From assembly GCA_963836755.1 (NCBI GenBank), contig CAWIKF010000001.1, forward strand, positions 128,001 through 192,000: DNA of 64,000 nt, in the 5' to 3' direction. How positions within the stretch are numbered: position 1 is the first letter of the stretch; the number at the start of each line of letters is the position of its first letter. The notes beneath the pieces were generated by a model. That model was given only the letters and a program-made list of their open reading frames with translations, had not been told where the DNA came from and made no database searches. This document shows positions 29,942-38,103 of the stretch, piece after piece. This stretch comes from an uncultured Verrucomicrobiae bacterium. GTDB taxonomy: Bacteria; Verrucomicrobiota; Verrucomicrobiia; Chthoniobacterales; Chthoniobacteraceae. The position numbers were made by a program, and so were the translations under genes.

Positions 29942-30674
29942 TTTCCAAAACGCGCTGCAAGTCGTGCACGATTCGCTCGTGCGCCTGCGCGATGCCGGCG
30001 TGCCGCTGCACGCGTCCCGCGCGGCTTTGGAAAATCTCGTCCGGCCGGTTCCGACGATTGACACGCGGATCAAGGCGCTGCGGGACCGCGCGCTCGTTTG
30101 CGTGAAATGTCCGCACCTTGCCGAGACGCGCACGCAGGTCGTTTTCGGCGTCGGGAATGTCGAGGCGGAATTGATGTTCGTCGGCGAAGCGCCGGGCGCG
30201 GATGAAGATTTGAAAGGCGAACCTTTCGTCGGGAAAGCCGGTCAGCTCTTGACGAAAATCATCGTGGCGATGGGATACACGCGCGACGAAATTTACATCG
30301 CGAACGTCCTCAAATGCCGCCCGAACACGCCGCCCGGCGAGAGCGGCAATCGCCGGCCGACGCGCGTCGAAATGGAAACTTGCCTGCCGTATTTGCGCGA
30401 GCAGATCGAGATCATCCGGCCGCGCGCGATGGTCGCCCTCGGCGCGGTGGCGATGGAGGGATTGCTCGGGCGCGTCGAGCCGATGGGCGCGCTGCGCGGG
30501 CGCTGGCACGACTTTGACGGCATCCCGCTGATGGCCACATTTCATCCCGCGTATCTGCTGCGAAACCAATCGCTCACGGAAAAGCGCAAAGTCTGGGAAG
30601 ACATGCTGCAAGTGCTGGAGCGGCTTGGCAGGCCGATCAGCGAGAAGCAGCGGAACTTTTTTCTGCCGAAATAG
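29934..30674 (+). CDS. Uracil-DNA glycosylase family 4
   Basis: [25 protein letters not shown]. Confidence 0.92.
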   Translation: MNDFQNALQVVHDSLVRLRDAGVPLHASRAALENLVRPVPTIDTRIKALRDRALVCVKCPHLAETRTQVVFGVGNVEAELMFVGEAPGADEDLKGEPFVGKAGQLLTKIIVAMGYTRDEIYIANVLKCRPNTPPGESGNRRPTRVEMETCLPYLREQIEIIRPRAMVALGAVAMEGLLGRVEPMGALRGRWHDFDGIPLMATFHPAYLLRNQSLTEKRKVWEDMLQVLERLGRPISEKQRNFFLPK

Positions 30675-31647
30675 CGCGCGCCAATGCGTCGAGCTGACGG
30701 TTTGAAAATGCCGCGCGCGCTGCGCGAAACATCAGTGCGCGGACTTCGGCGCGGGAAACTTTGATCCGCTCGTCCGTCTCCAAAGGCGGGTGCGCGCGCA
30801 GCATCGCCAGCGTCCGGACGCCAATCGCCCACGGCAGGATGCACGCGAAACGGAGCCGCCAGCTTCGCACCGACTCGATATACCGCCGCGCCTCCGCGAG
30901 ATTTTTCTCCGCGCGGTCGATCCACTTTTCCACGACTGCGCGCGCGGCCGATGCTTTTGCGAAAATGTTACCGGCGTTAACACCTTGCGCCGCCAGCTCG
31001 TCCGCCGGCAGATAGCAGCGGCCGTTCTGAAGATCGGCGCGCAGGTCGCGCAGAATGTTCACAAGCTGCAAGCCCTGACCGAAGCCGCGGCCGAGCGCGC
31101 GCATCGTTGCGGCATCGAGCCGCGCGTAGCTGCGCAGATGCCGAAAACAGATCTGCGTCCAGAATTCGCCGACGCAGCCGGCCACCAGATACGTGTATTC
31201 CTCGAGCGCCGCCGCATCGGGCAGCGCGGAAACTTTTTCCGAATCGGCGAAGCGCCGCAAGTCGAGTTCCTGCCCGCGAACGATGATGCGCAAAACTTCG
31301 ACGATGTCCGCGCGATCCGCTTCAGCACAGGCTCGCAGCGCATCGAGGCATTCGCCGGCGCTCTCGATCAGTCGCCGCTCCGAGACATTCGACGGCACGA
31401 TTTCGCTACGCAAACTTTGCAGTTCAGATTCATTCGCACCGGTCTCGATCATTGCGCCAAAAGCGACCAGATTTTTCAAACGCACTTCCACCGGAGCGTC
31501 CGGCGAATCAGCAATCGTGTCGCTCGCCCGCGCCAGCAAATACGCCAGGCCGACCGGCTCGCGCAGCGGACGCGGTAGCGCGCGGATCGTGAGATAAAAC
31601 GAGCGCGAGACCGATTTCAGCACGTCGCCGATGAGTTCCGCATTCAT
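30637..31647 (-). CDS. Squalene/phytoene synthase family protein
   Basis: VSRSF, DTIAD, YTYLVAGCVGEF, GLQLVNILRD. Confidence 0.9.
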   Translation of the reverse strand: MNAELIGDVLKSVSRSFYLTIRALPRPLREPVGLAYLLARASDTIADSPDAPVEVRLKNLVAFGAMIETGANESELQSLRSEIVPSNVSERRLIESAGECLDALRACAEADRADIVEVLRIIVRGQELDLRRFADSEKVSALPDAAALEEYTYLVAGCVGEFWTQICFRHLRSYARLDAATMRALGRGFGQGLQLVNILRDLRADLQNGRCYLPADELAAQGVNAGNIFAKASAARAVVEKWIDRAEKNLAEARRYIESVRSWRLRFACILPWAIGVRTLAMLRAHPPLETDERIKVSRAEVRALMFRAARAAFSNRQLDALARAISAEKSSAASR

Positions 31648-32663
31648 CGGACGCCTACTTTTTTCAAATCAATCCGCTCGCTCGCGCACTGCCCCATCCC
31701 CGCCGCGGCCGCCGTTTGCAGATAGCTCCCGCGTTTCGCCAGCTTCGGCAATCGCGCCTGTGCCCGCCATTCATCGATCTCGCGCAATGCCGTCGCATCA
31801 AGTGCGACTGGATCACGACTCGCAAAAATCGTCGCGTAATTCCACGCGTAATTCGGCTGAAAATCCGGCCCGCCCGCGAATTGCGCGATGAGCCCGTCCA
31901 CGATATTCAGCACCACCTTTCGCCCGACGTGTTCATCGCGATAAAGTTCGACCAGAGACGGATCTGGCTCCTGCGCAAATCGGCGCCAGTTGTCGAGATT
32001 CGGGATGGTGACGTTGTATAAACAGCCGGCGACACCACACGATTCCTCGCTGCTCAAAACCGGCACGTTGATGATCTTCGTGACCGCGCACAAAACGCGG
32101 CTCCAGTGGCTCTCGTCGCCGAATTGCTCTGGCTCATCATCCGACGGGGTTCGCCTGTTTCTGCGGCTGAACAAAGCATCGCCCCAGATCAATCTGCCGA
32201 CCACGGGCGACGAGAAAATCGCCTTCAAATTATAGCCGGTGATCGGCTCGATCGCGCGCACAGCGAAATCTCGCGGTGGTCGCGCGAAGCCCGCCGCTAC
32301 CATGTCCGCGCGATCCCAAACCACGATATTCTTCGTCGGCACGCCCGCGCGCGAGATGCCCTCGGCGATCGCATCCACCACCGCGCGATGCGTGGAAAAA
32401 AGCGGCCCGCCACGCGCAGAAACTTTGATGCCAACACGATCCGCGGGTTGCACGAGCGAGCGCCACGCCTCATCGAGGTTTGGCTTTTCCGTCACCGCGA
32501 GCACCAGCGCATCGACCATTGCACGCACCACCGGCGCATTTTCCTGATAGTTTGAAATCGCGTCCGAATCCTGCGCAAAATAAACCGTCGCCCGCGGCGC
32601 GGAATCCTGTGCGAGGCAAACCGAACCGGCAGAAATCCCGAGCAAAATCCAGGCGCGCAACAC
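31644..32663 (-). CDS. DUF362-like protein with signal peptide (start uncertain)
   Basis: DRVGIKV, IINVPVL, DGLIAQFAGGP, SRDPVALD; ATGA overlap with the synthase gene. Confidence 0.75.
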   Translation of the reverse strand: MLRAWILLGISAGSVCLAQDSAPRATVYFAQDSDAISNYQENAPVVRAMVDALVLAVTEKPNLDEAWRSLVQPADRVGIKVSARGGPLFSTHRAVVDAIAEGISRAGVPTKNIVVWDRADMVAAGFARPPRDFAVRAIEPITGYNLKAIFSSPVVGRLIWGDALFSRRNRRTPSDDEPEQFGDESHWSRVLCAVTKIINVPVLSSEESCGVAGCLYNVTIPNLDNWRRFAQEPDPSLVELYRDEHVGRKVVLNIVDGLIAQFAGGPDFQPNYAWNYATIFASRDPVALDATALREIDEWRAQARLPKLAKRGSYLQTAAAAGMGQCASERIDLKKVGVR

Positions 32664-32740
32664 AGCGCAGACGATGTCCGCGCCCGCGCCGAATTGCAAA
32701 CGCGCCCTTGCCGTGTCGAAAAGTCGCTCGAATCAAAGTT

Positions 32741-32837
32741 GGCCACGGATGGACACGGATGAAACACAGATGCGGATTGCTCACAGCCTTTCCTATTTTT
32801 TTCCATATCCGTGGTTCATCTGGGTGCATCCGTGGCC
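32741..32837. repeat. REP/MITE-like imperfect inverted repeat (~32-bp arms)
   Basis: Left arm GGCCACGGATGGACACGGATGAAACACAGAT; reverse complement of right arm GGCCACGGATGCACCCAGATGAACCACGGAT. Confidence 0.8.
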
Positions 32838-32895
32838 TAAGACCTCTCGAACGCAGCGAAAGAGTGGAAAGGCGAACCGCGCCGCTTTTCCGATG

Positions 32896-33145
32896 GAGCA
32901 ATTTGCTACGATGAATACCCTCCGGACTGCGATGCCGGAGTGTTTTGCTGCGTCATCGCAGCTATTTGCACCTTGACGGAGCTTTTTGCTCCGGTGGTGC
33001 AGTAAATTGCTGCGTGCTCGCAGCTTTTTGCATCCATGCCGATGCTCCGCGCTGCGATGTCGAACCTTTTTGCTGCGAGATGAGGCTTTTTGCTCCGAGG
33101 TCGGAGCTCCGAGGATGTTCCGCTATGCTTTTTGCTCTGATTTCC
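32896..33145. repeat. Degenerate tandem array of 12 units of 20-21 bp, consensus about SAGCTTTTTGCTSCGATGTCG
   Basis: TTGC cores at 32903, 32945, 32966, 32986, 33007, 33028, 33070, 33090, 33132 (spacings 42,21,20,21,21,42,20,42). Confidence 0.8.
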
Positions 33146-33168
33146 GACCGGTCTTCTCTGTAAACGGA

Positions 33169-33190
33169 CCTCGCGACGGCTCGCGCGAGG
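33169..33190 (-). terminator. GC hairpin directly after the stop of the 169-aa gene
   Basis: CCTCGCG-N8-CGCGAGG; only a weak U-tract follows. Confidence 0.4.
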
Positions 33191-33194
33191 CTGC

Positions 33195-33704
33195 TTAAGC
33201 CGTCGCTGGAAGAGCGGTCGCAGCAGCAGCCGCCGCCGCAGCAGCCGCCTTGCGTCGCCCGGGGAAAAACGCGCTCATTTTATCGAGCAAACCCTTGAGG
33301 CTGTCAGGCGCGCTAATCTTAAGAATGCTGTAAACGCGCAGGGCGAAATTCGCGAGATCGACGCCGATGGCCATCTCCGTGTCGCTGGCCGCCTCCGCCA
33401 GCTTCGCGACGCGGGCAAAGTAGGGGCGGCATTGATCGAGCGAAGCCAGGTCGGCCTGCGCTTCCGCCGTGCCGGAGCCGGCCGGGATGTTATTGGGATT
33501 CTGCACCGCCGCCGTCACCGAATCGCGCACCAACTGCTCGCGTGAGGTGCCCATCTTGAAAAGGTGGGAACGCTGATCGCCGGTCAAGGAAACAAGATGC
33601 GGCAGGAACTTTGTTTCCAAAGTAGTGAGTGCAGCATCGATGGCAGTCAAATCCGCTGCCGGGATGCTAAGGGAAACAAGGTTTTCGTTGGGGTTGGATG
33701 GCAT
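33195..33704 (-). CDS. Small alpha-helical hypothetical protein (169 aa) with basic/Ala-rich tail
   Basis: MPSNPNENLVSLSIPAADLTAIDAALTTLE...SLTGDQRSHLFKMG...; amphipathic helices; GC-rich codon usage. Confidence 0.85.
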   Translation of the reverse strand: MPSNPNENLVSLSIPAADLTAIDAALTTLETKFLPHLVSLTGDQRSHLFKMGTSREQLVRDSVTAAVQNPNNIPAGSGTAEAQADLASLDQCRPYFARVAKLAEAASDTEMAIGVDLANFALRVYSILKISAPDSLKGLLDKMSAFFPGRRKAAAAAAAAAATALPATA

Positions 33705-33831
33705 GCGCAAGCGGTAGCAAGCCGTCAAGTGCTAGGTCAAGGACTAAATGGGATTCTTTTTCAAGCGAGAGCCAACCTTCCCTTGTCGCACAGCGCAGCT
33801 TCTGCCATACAGCTTTCGAATCCGATAGTTT

Positions 33832-34162
33832 ATGAACGACTACTTGCGTGAGATCAAAGCCGCGTCCATCGACGCGACCAGGTTGAGCGTTGAGCTAAAG
33901 GACGGCTTCGCCTTCGAGCCGTGCCGCTGAACTTCTATCCCACGCTGCTGCTCGCAACCGATGAGTAGAACAGGCGATGGAAGTAAGTCCATACTCCCTG
34001 CATTGCGGAAGGGAGCTCACGACACTTGCGATCTGGGTAAACGAAGGTCTGCTGACAAGGCGCAAAAGAACATCTGAAGCTCGCGAGAAAGCATGGCAGC
34101 GTTCCGGCAGCACCGGTGAACAACCCACTAAGGCCGGCTGTTTCTCCGCCAATGAGCTATAA
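33832..34162 (+). pseudogene. DUF2442-like (antitoxin-type) gene, disrupted
   Basis: MNDYLREIKAASIDATRLSVELKDG, frameshift, VPLNFYPTLLLATDE, stop, then SLH..EGLL fragments. Confidence 0.65.
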
Positions 34163-34304
34163 CCGAGGTTTTTAGACCAGATGGAGACGGAAGGCAGTGG
34201 ACCTGCTGCAATCGACTGCATGGCATTTACTCACTGCGACGGATTGCGGGCATGTTGAAGGCGAGAAATGGCACGAAGCTGCGAGAAAGCATGGCAGCGT
34301 TCCG
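34083..34304 (+). repeat. 24-bp exact direct repeat within a degenerate ~200-bp duplication
   Basis: GCGAGAAAGCATGGCAGCGTTCCG at 34083-34106 and 34281-34304. Confidence 0.85.
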
Positions 34305-34492
34305 CTGCGCCAGGACGGGCGGCGTGAACATGGGGACAAGGACGGTGCTTATTTCATAGCGAAGAACGAATCGTTGTAACTATCTTCGACTGCTATCGAA
34401 AGCACGAACTCGAAAGAAATGTGCGTGCTCCTATTTTATCAATCTCTTCAAACCGCCATATTCCGTCTCCCTCCCATTGACCAAACTGACTT

Positions 34493-34617
34493 ATGAACCG
34501 ACTCTACTATGGCGATAACCTGGATGGTGTTGCGCGATCGGAAGAACTTTTCGGATGAGTGCGTGGATTTGATCTATCATCGATCCGCCGTTCAACTCGA
34601 AGCGCGATCAGCAAACA
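34493..34617 (+). pseudogene. N-terminal fragment of an N6/N4 site-specific DNA methyltransferase
   Basis: Joining across two +1 indels gives MNRLYYGDNLD-VLRDRKNFSDECVDLIY-IDPPFNSKRD (catalytic DPPF); homology then stops. Confidence 0.75.
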
Positions 34618-34628
34618 TGACAGCGAGT

Positions 34629-35194
34629 ATGAAATTAGGAGACCTCGCTAACTACGCTCAAGTATTCAGCTTGCCGCTGACGGTTTTTTTTGGTGGGTGA
34701 CGGCAGATCGCTTTTCAAGATTTTGGAAGCAAAGAGGCAAGCTGATCCTTCTAGTTCTTTTTCTCGTAGCCATAGTTGCAGCGAAGCGGATCGGGTGGTT
34801 AAACCAGCAAGCTCCAATCTGGCTTCTAGGGTTGCTGCTCGCATGTTGCGTTCTGATTATGTGGTTCTACCAAAAGGTCGGTAGTATTCCTGCTAGGCAA
34901 CCTTGTTCTTCTGGGAATGTGGAGGGCGTAGAATGGAATTGGCGAATCGTCTATGGCAGGTTTCTTGAAAACAGTCTTGTTCCTATTTGTCCGAATGCCT
35001 CGTGTCGCTGCCAATTAGATCACGAAAGAGTGGAATACGTTGGAAACGAGCAAAGCTACCGGCGTGTCGATCATGTGAAGCTAAAATGTCGTCGTTGCGG
35101 GTTTAGCCGCGTTTTCGAGTGCAACTGGATCGACCTGTTGCATGATATTCGCATTGAGGTCGAGAGACGTTTTCGAACGGAGGAATATCATTAA
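34629..35194 (+). CDS. Low-GC membrane protein with C-terminal Cys (Zn-binding) domain; probable frameshift at the T8 run ~34690
   Basis: MKLGDLANYAQVFSLPLTVFF joined to ORF 34697-35194, which has two TM segments, CPNASCRC and CRRC. Confidence 0.65.
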
Positions 35195-35216
35195 CCTACT
35201 GCAAGCAACCAGCTAA

Positions 35217-36035
35217 CTAAGCTTTGCGCTTCGTATCTTTGACGCCTGCTTTGCGCACGGGGGCTTTTTTTGCACCGTTGCCGTCTAGCGTGGTTTGACC
35301 GGATTTGGGCGTCGCTTTTACCACTTGGAAGTCTTGCAAGGCGGGTGACTCGACGACGGTGATTTCGGCGTTGTCGTTCCATGGGGCTTTGACGTCTTTC
35401 TCGCCCTGGTCGCCTTCGCCGGTGGAGTCGTTATACCATTGGTCGACGATTCCTGGCGTGGGCGGGATGAGTCCGACTGCGAGCGGCGGTTTGCCGAGGC
35501 TGTCGAGGGCTTGCATGAAGGCGCGCATGTGGGTGATCTCGCGGGTCATCAGGAATTGGAGCGCTTCCTTGGTGCCGGGGTCGTCGCAGAAATTGATGAG
35601 GCGTTCGTAGACGATCTTCGCGCGCGCCTCGGCGGCGATGTTGCTCCGCAGATCGACGTCGAGTTCGCCTGTTACTTTTAAATAATCGGCGGTCCACGCG
35701 TCGCCCATGGAGTTGCAGAGCGCGACGCCTCCACCGCCCGCGATGGCGATGAGCGGATCGTGCTCGGCGGCATCGGCGTCGGTTTTCATCGGTTTCAAAT
35801 GCATGCGCGCGAGCGTGCCGATGATTTCGAGATGGCTGAGCTCCTCGGTGCCGATGTCCATGAGGAGGTCTTTGCAGGCAATGTCCTCGCAGTTGATGCC
35901 CTGGATGGAGTATTGCATGGCGGCGGCGAGTTCGCCGTTGGCGCCTCCGAATTGCTCGAGCAGCATATTGCCAAAGCGCGGCTCGGGACGGCCGACGCGG
36001 ACGGTGAACATGAGTTTCTTGATGTGATGATACAT
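35217..36035 (-). CDS. Manganese catalase family protein
   Basis: EQFGGANGELAAAMQY, TEELSHLE, NIAAEARA, REITH. Confidence 0.94.
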   Translation of the reverse strand: MYHHIKKLMFTVRVGRPEPRFGNMLLEQFGGANGELAAAMQYSIQGINCEDIACKDLLMDIGTEELSHLEIIGTLARMHLKPMKTDADAAEHDPLIAIAGGGGVALCNSMGDAWTADYLKVTGELDVDLRSNIAAEARAKIVYERLINFCDDPGTKEALQFLMTREITHMRAFMQALDSLGKPPLAVGLIPPTPGIVDQWYNDSTGEGDQGEKDVKAPWNDNAEITVVESPALQDFQVVKATPKSGQTTLDGNGAKKAPVRKAGVKDTKRKA

Positions 36036-36182
36036 GGGAGTGCGAGTTCTAGATTTTGATCCGAGCCGAAATGGCCGCGGCTGCAGGGGAAACGGCGCGT
36101 GGCTTTTGGCCGGTCGTAAAAAGATGGATCGACGACGTTTCGAAACGTCTCCAATCGGAAGCCGCATTCGCGGGCAGCGTGG

Positions 36183-38063
36183 CTATTGCATCGCCGCGGG
36201 CGCGTCGGCGGAGAGGGAGATCGGCGGGCAGTAGGTGCCGATGAGTTCGCGTTTCCACCATGCCTCGGATTCGCCGGAGCGGGTGAATTTGTAATCGTAA
36301 ACAAGCGCGCGGACGTAGCGCGGCGGCTTGTTTGGAAAGGGGTTGTGCCCGAGCAGGTCGAGCACTTCGGGCGTGCCTTCGAGGAGGCGCTCGAGGAAGT
36401 TCACGAACCACGGATTGTCGCGGACGGTGCCGAGCGAGGCGAACCACATTTGCCAATCGAGCCGCGGCTGATGCGGCGCGACGAGGCGCGGACGACGCCA
36501 GACGTCGCCGGGTTTCCATTTGAACTCGTAGGCGGTCCACGCGACGCCGTCGTTGCTGCCTTCGACGATGATTTCCGGCCGGCTCGTGGTCATGACGGCG
36601 AAGAGGCCGTAGCTGTTGAAGCTGCGCAGGGGGGCGACGGCGTTGTAGAGCCGCATGAGCGGCGCGGGCCAATGGATGTCGAGGTCGAATGCGCCGAAAA
36701 GCTGCATCGTGGTGACGGCGACGCTGGTGGCCGCGACGGGGCCGGCGATCCAGGGCGACCAGCCGCCAGGGCGCTTGAAAGCTGGGCGCGCGAGCTTTCG
36801 CCATCGCGCAGGCCATGCGTCGTCATCGATGAGCAGAAGGCAAAGGCCGGCGGTGAGGTAATTGAAAAAGCAGTAGTTGCCGCTGATGGCGATCATGGCT
36901 TGCAGGCCGAGCATTGCGGCGCAGCCGAGACGCCGGACGCGCGTCGGCCCGATCATGGTTAAGGGCGCGCCGAGCTCGATGGCGAACATCACGAGCACGG
37001 AAAATTTTTCCCAATCGAGCGGCGATTGGTTGAGATACCAGCTCGTCCAGATCGGCAGCGGCTGCGTTTCGTAGTGGTAGTTCAAGGCGGTGAGCGCGCG
37101 CCATGTCTGCACGCCATTCTCGCTCGGCGGCGCGTTGAGTTTCACCACGCCCGACTCGAACATGAGCCGGAAAAGCAGCCACAACAAAGCGAGATGCGCG
37201 ATCTTTGTCCCGCTCCCGCTCACTCGCCAATCGGGCAGCAGGCGCAACGGCGGGACGAGGAAAATCGCGAGAAATCCGGTCTCCAAAAGCAGCGCGTCCC
37301 ATTGATAACCGAGGAAGGTCTGGCCGACCACTGAGAGCGAAAGATAAAGCGCCCAGAGCAAAATCAGCGACAGGCACGGCAGGAAGTTGAAGACGACCGC
37401 GAGCGACAAAACCGCGCCGGCCACGCAAAGAAAAATCAAAAACACGTCGTTTACACTCCACCAGCAAACTGTTGGCAGCAGCCAATGGCGCTCGGGGCCG
37501 AGTTGCGCCCGCGCAGCATTGAGATAATCCGCCGCCGGCAGGATGCCGTGCCGCCCGATCAACCCGCGCACTTGCACGAGCAGTGAAAGAAACGCGACGA
37601 AGTAAATCGCGCCGAGCAGTCGCAGAAAAACCCAGCGAGCAATGAAAAATGTGGGCCGGCGAAAACTGCTTCCCCAAAGCACGCGCGTGAAAATGGAAAA
37701 TGTCATCCGATGCGCTGCGATGAAGCGGTAGGCGATGCGCGAGATTTTTGAAAAACCGGGAATCCGTCGCAAAGCCCGCAGCCAGAACGGCTCGCTTCCC
37801 GAAATCTCGAACGCACGAAATACAGCGTCCGAGCCGGCGGTCACCGTGCCGTCGGGCTCGATGAGCTGCACGGCGTGTTCAAAATCGCGATGCGGGATTT
37901 CCGGAAAGCGCTCCGCGACCTGCTGCGAGCGGCGATAATCGATGCGCCGGCCCGTCCGCTCCCGCCAGCGTGCGATCCAGAAACGGCAGAAATTGCAATC
38001 GCCGTCATAAACCATCAGTGGTTCGCGGGGCGGGCGCCGCACGCGTTTTTGCGAAATGCTCAT
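36183..38063 (-). CDS. DCC-family thiol-disulfide oxidoreductase domain fused to lipase maturation factor domain
   Basis: N-terminal YDGDCNFC; LMF motifs QWDALLLETGF, HYETQPLP, YGLFAVMT..RPEI, HQPRLDWQMWF. Confidence 0.9.
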   Translation of the reverse strand: MSISQKRVRRPPREPLMVYDGDCNFCRFWIARWRERTGRRIDYRRSQQVAERFPEIPHRDFEHAVQLIEPDGTVTAGSDAVFRAFEISGSEPFWLRALRRIPGFSKISRIAYRFIAAHRMTFSIFTRVLWGSSFRRPTFFIARWVFLRLLGAIYFVAFLSLLVQVRGLIGRHGILPAADYLNAARAQLGPERHWLLPTVCWWSVNDVFLIFLCVAGAVLSLAVVFNFLPCLSLILLWALYLSLSVVGQTFLGYQWDALLLETGFLAIFLVPPLRLLPDWRVSGSGTKIAHLALLWLLFRLMFESGVVKLNAPPSENGVQTWRALTALNYHYETQPLPIWTSWYLNQSPLDWEKFSVLVMFAIELGAPLTMIGPTRVRRLGCAAMLGLQAMIAISGNYCFFNYLTAGLCLLLIDDDAWPARWRKLARPAFKRPGGWSPWIAGPVAATSVAVTTMQLFGAFDLDIHWPAPLMRLYNAVAPLRSFNSYGLFAVMTTSRPEIIVEGSNDGVAWTAYEFKWKPGDVWRRPRLVAPHQPRLDWQMWFASLGTVRDNPWFVNFLERLLEGTPEVLDLLGHNPFPNKPPRYVRALVYDYKFTRSGESEAWWKRELIGTYCPPISLSADAPAAMQ

Positions 38064-38103
38064 CGCTGCAAAGAAGTTACGCAGCAAGCCGCCGCCACGC
38101 GTG

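Noticed and set aside
32896..33145. CRISPR array interpretation of the 21-bp array
   Set aside because: Units are too short and degenerate, with no repeat-spacer alternation and no cas genes in the window.
32945..33198. Two ~70-aa plus-strand ORFs across the array
   Set aside because: TTG starts inside repeat cores, composition dictated by the repeat, and 20-bp units shift the register.
32700..35200. Prophage, IS or integron as the explanation for the islet
   Set aside because: No integrase, transposase, tRNA target, flanking direct repeats or convincing attC sites seen.
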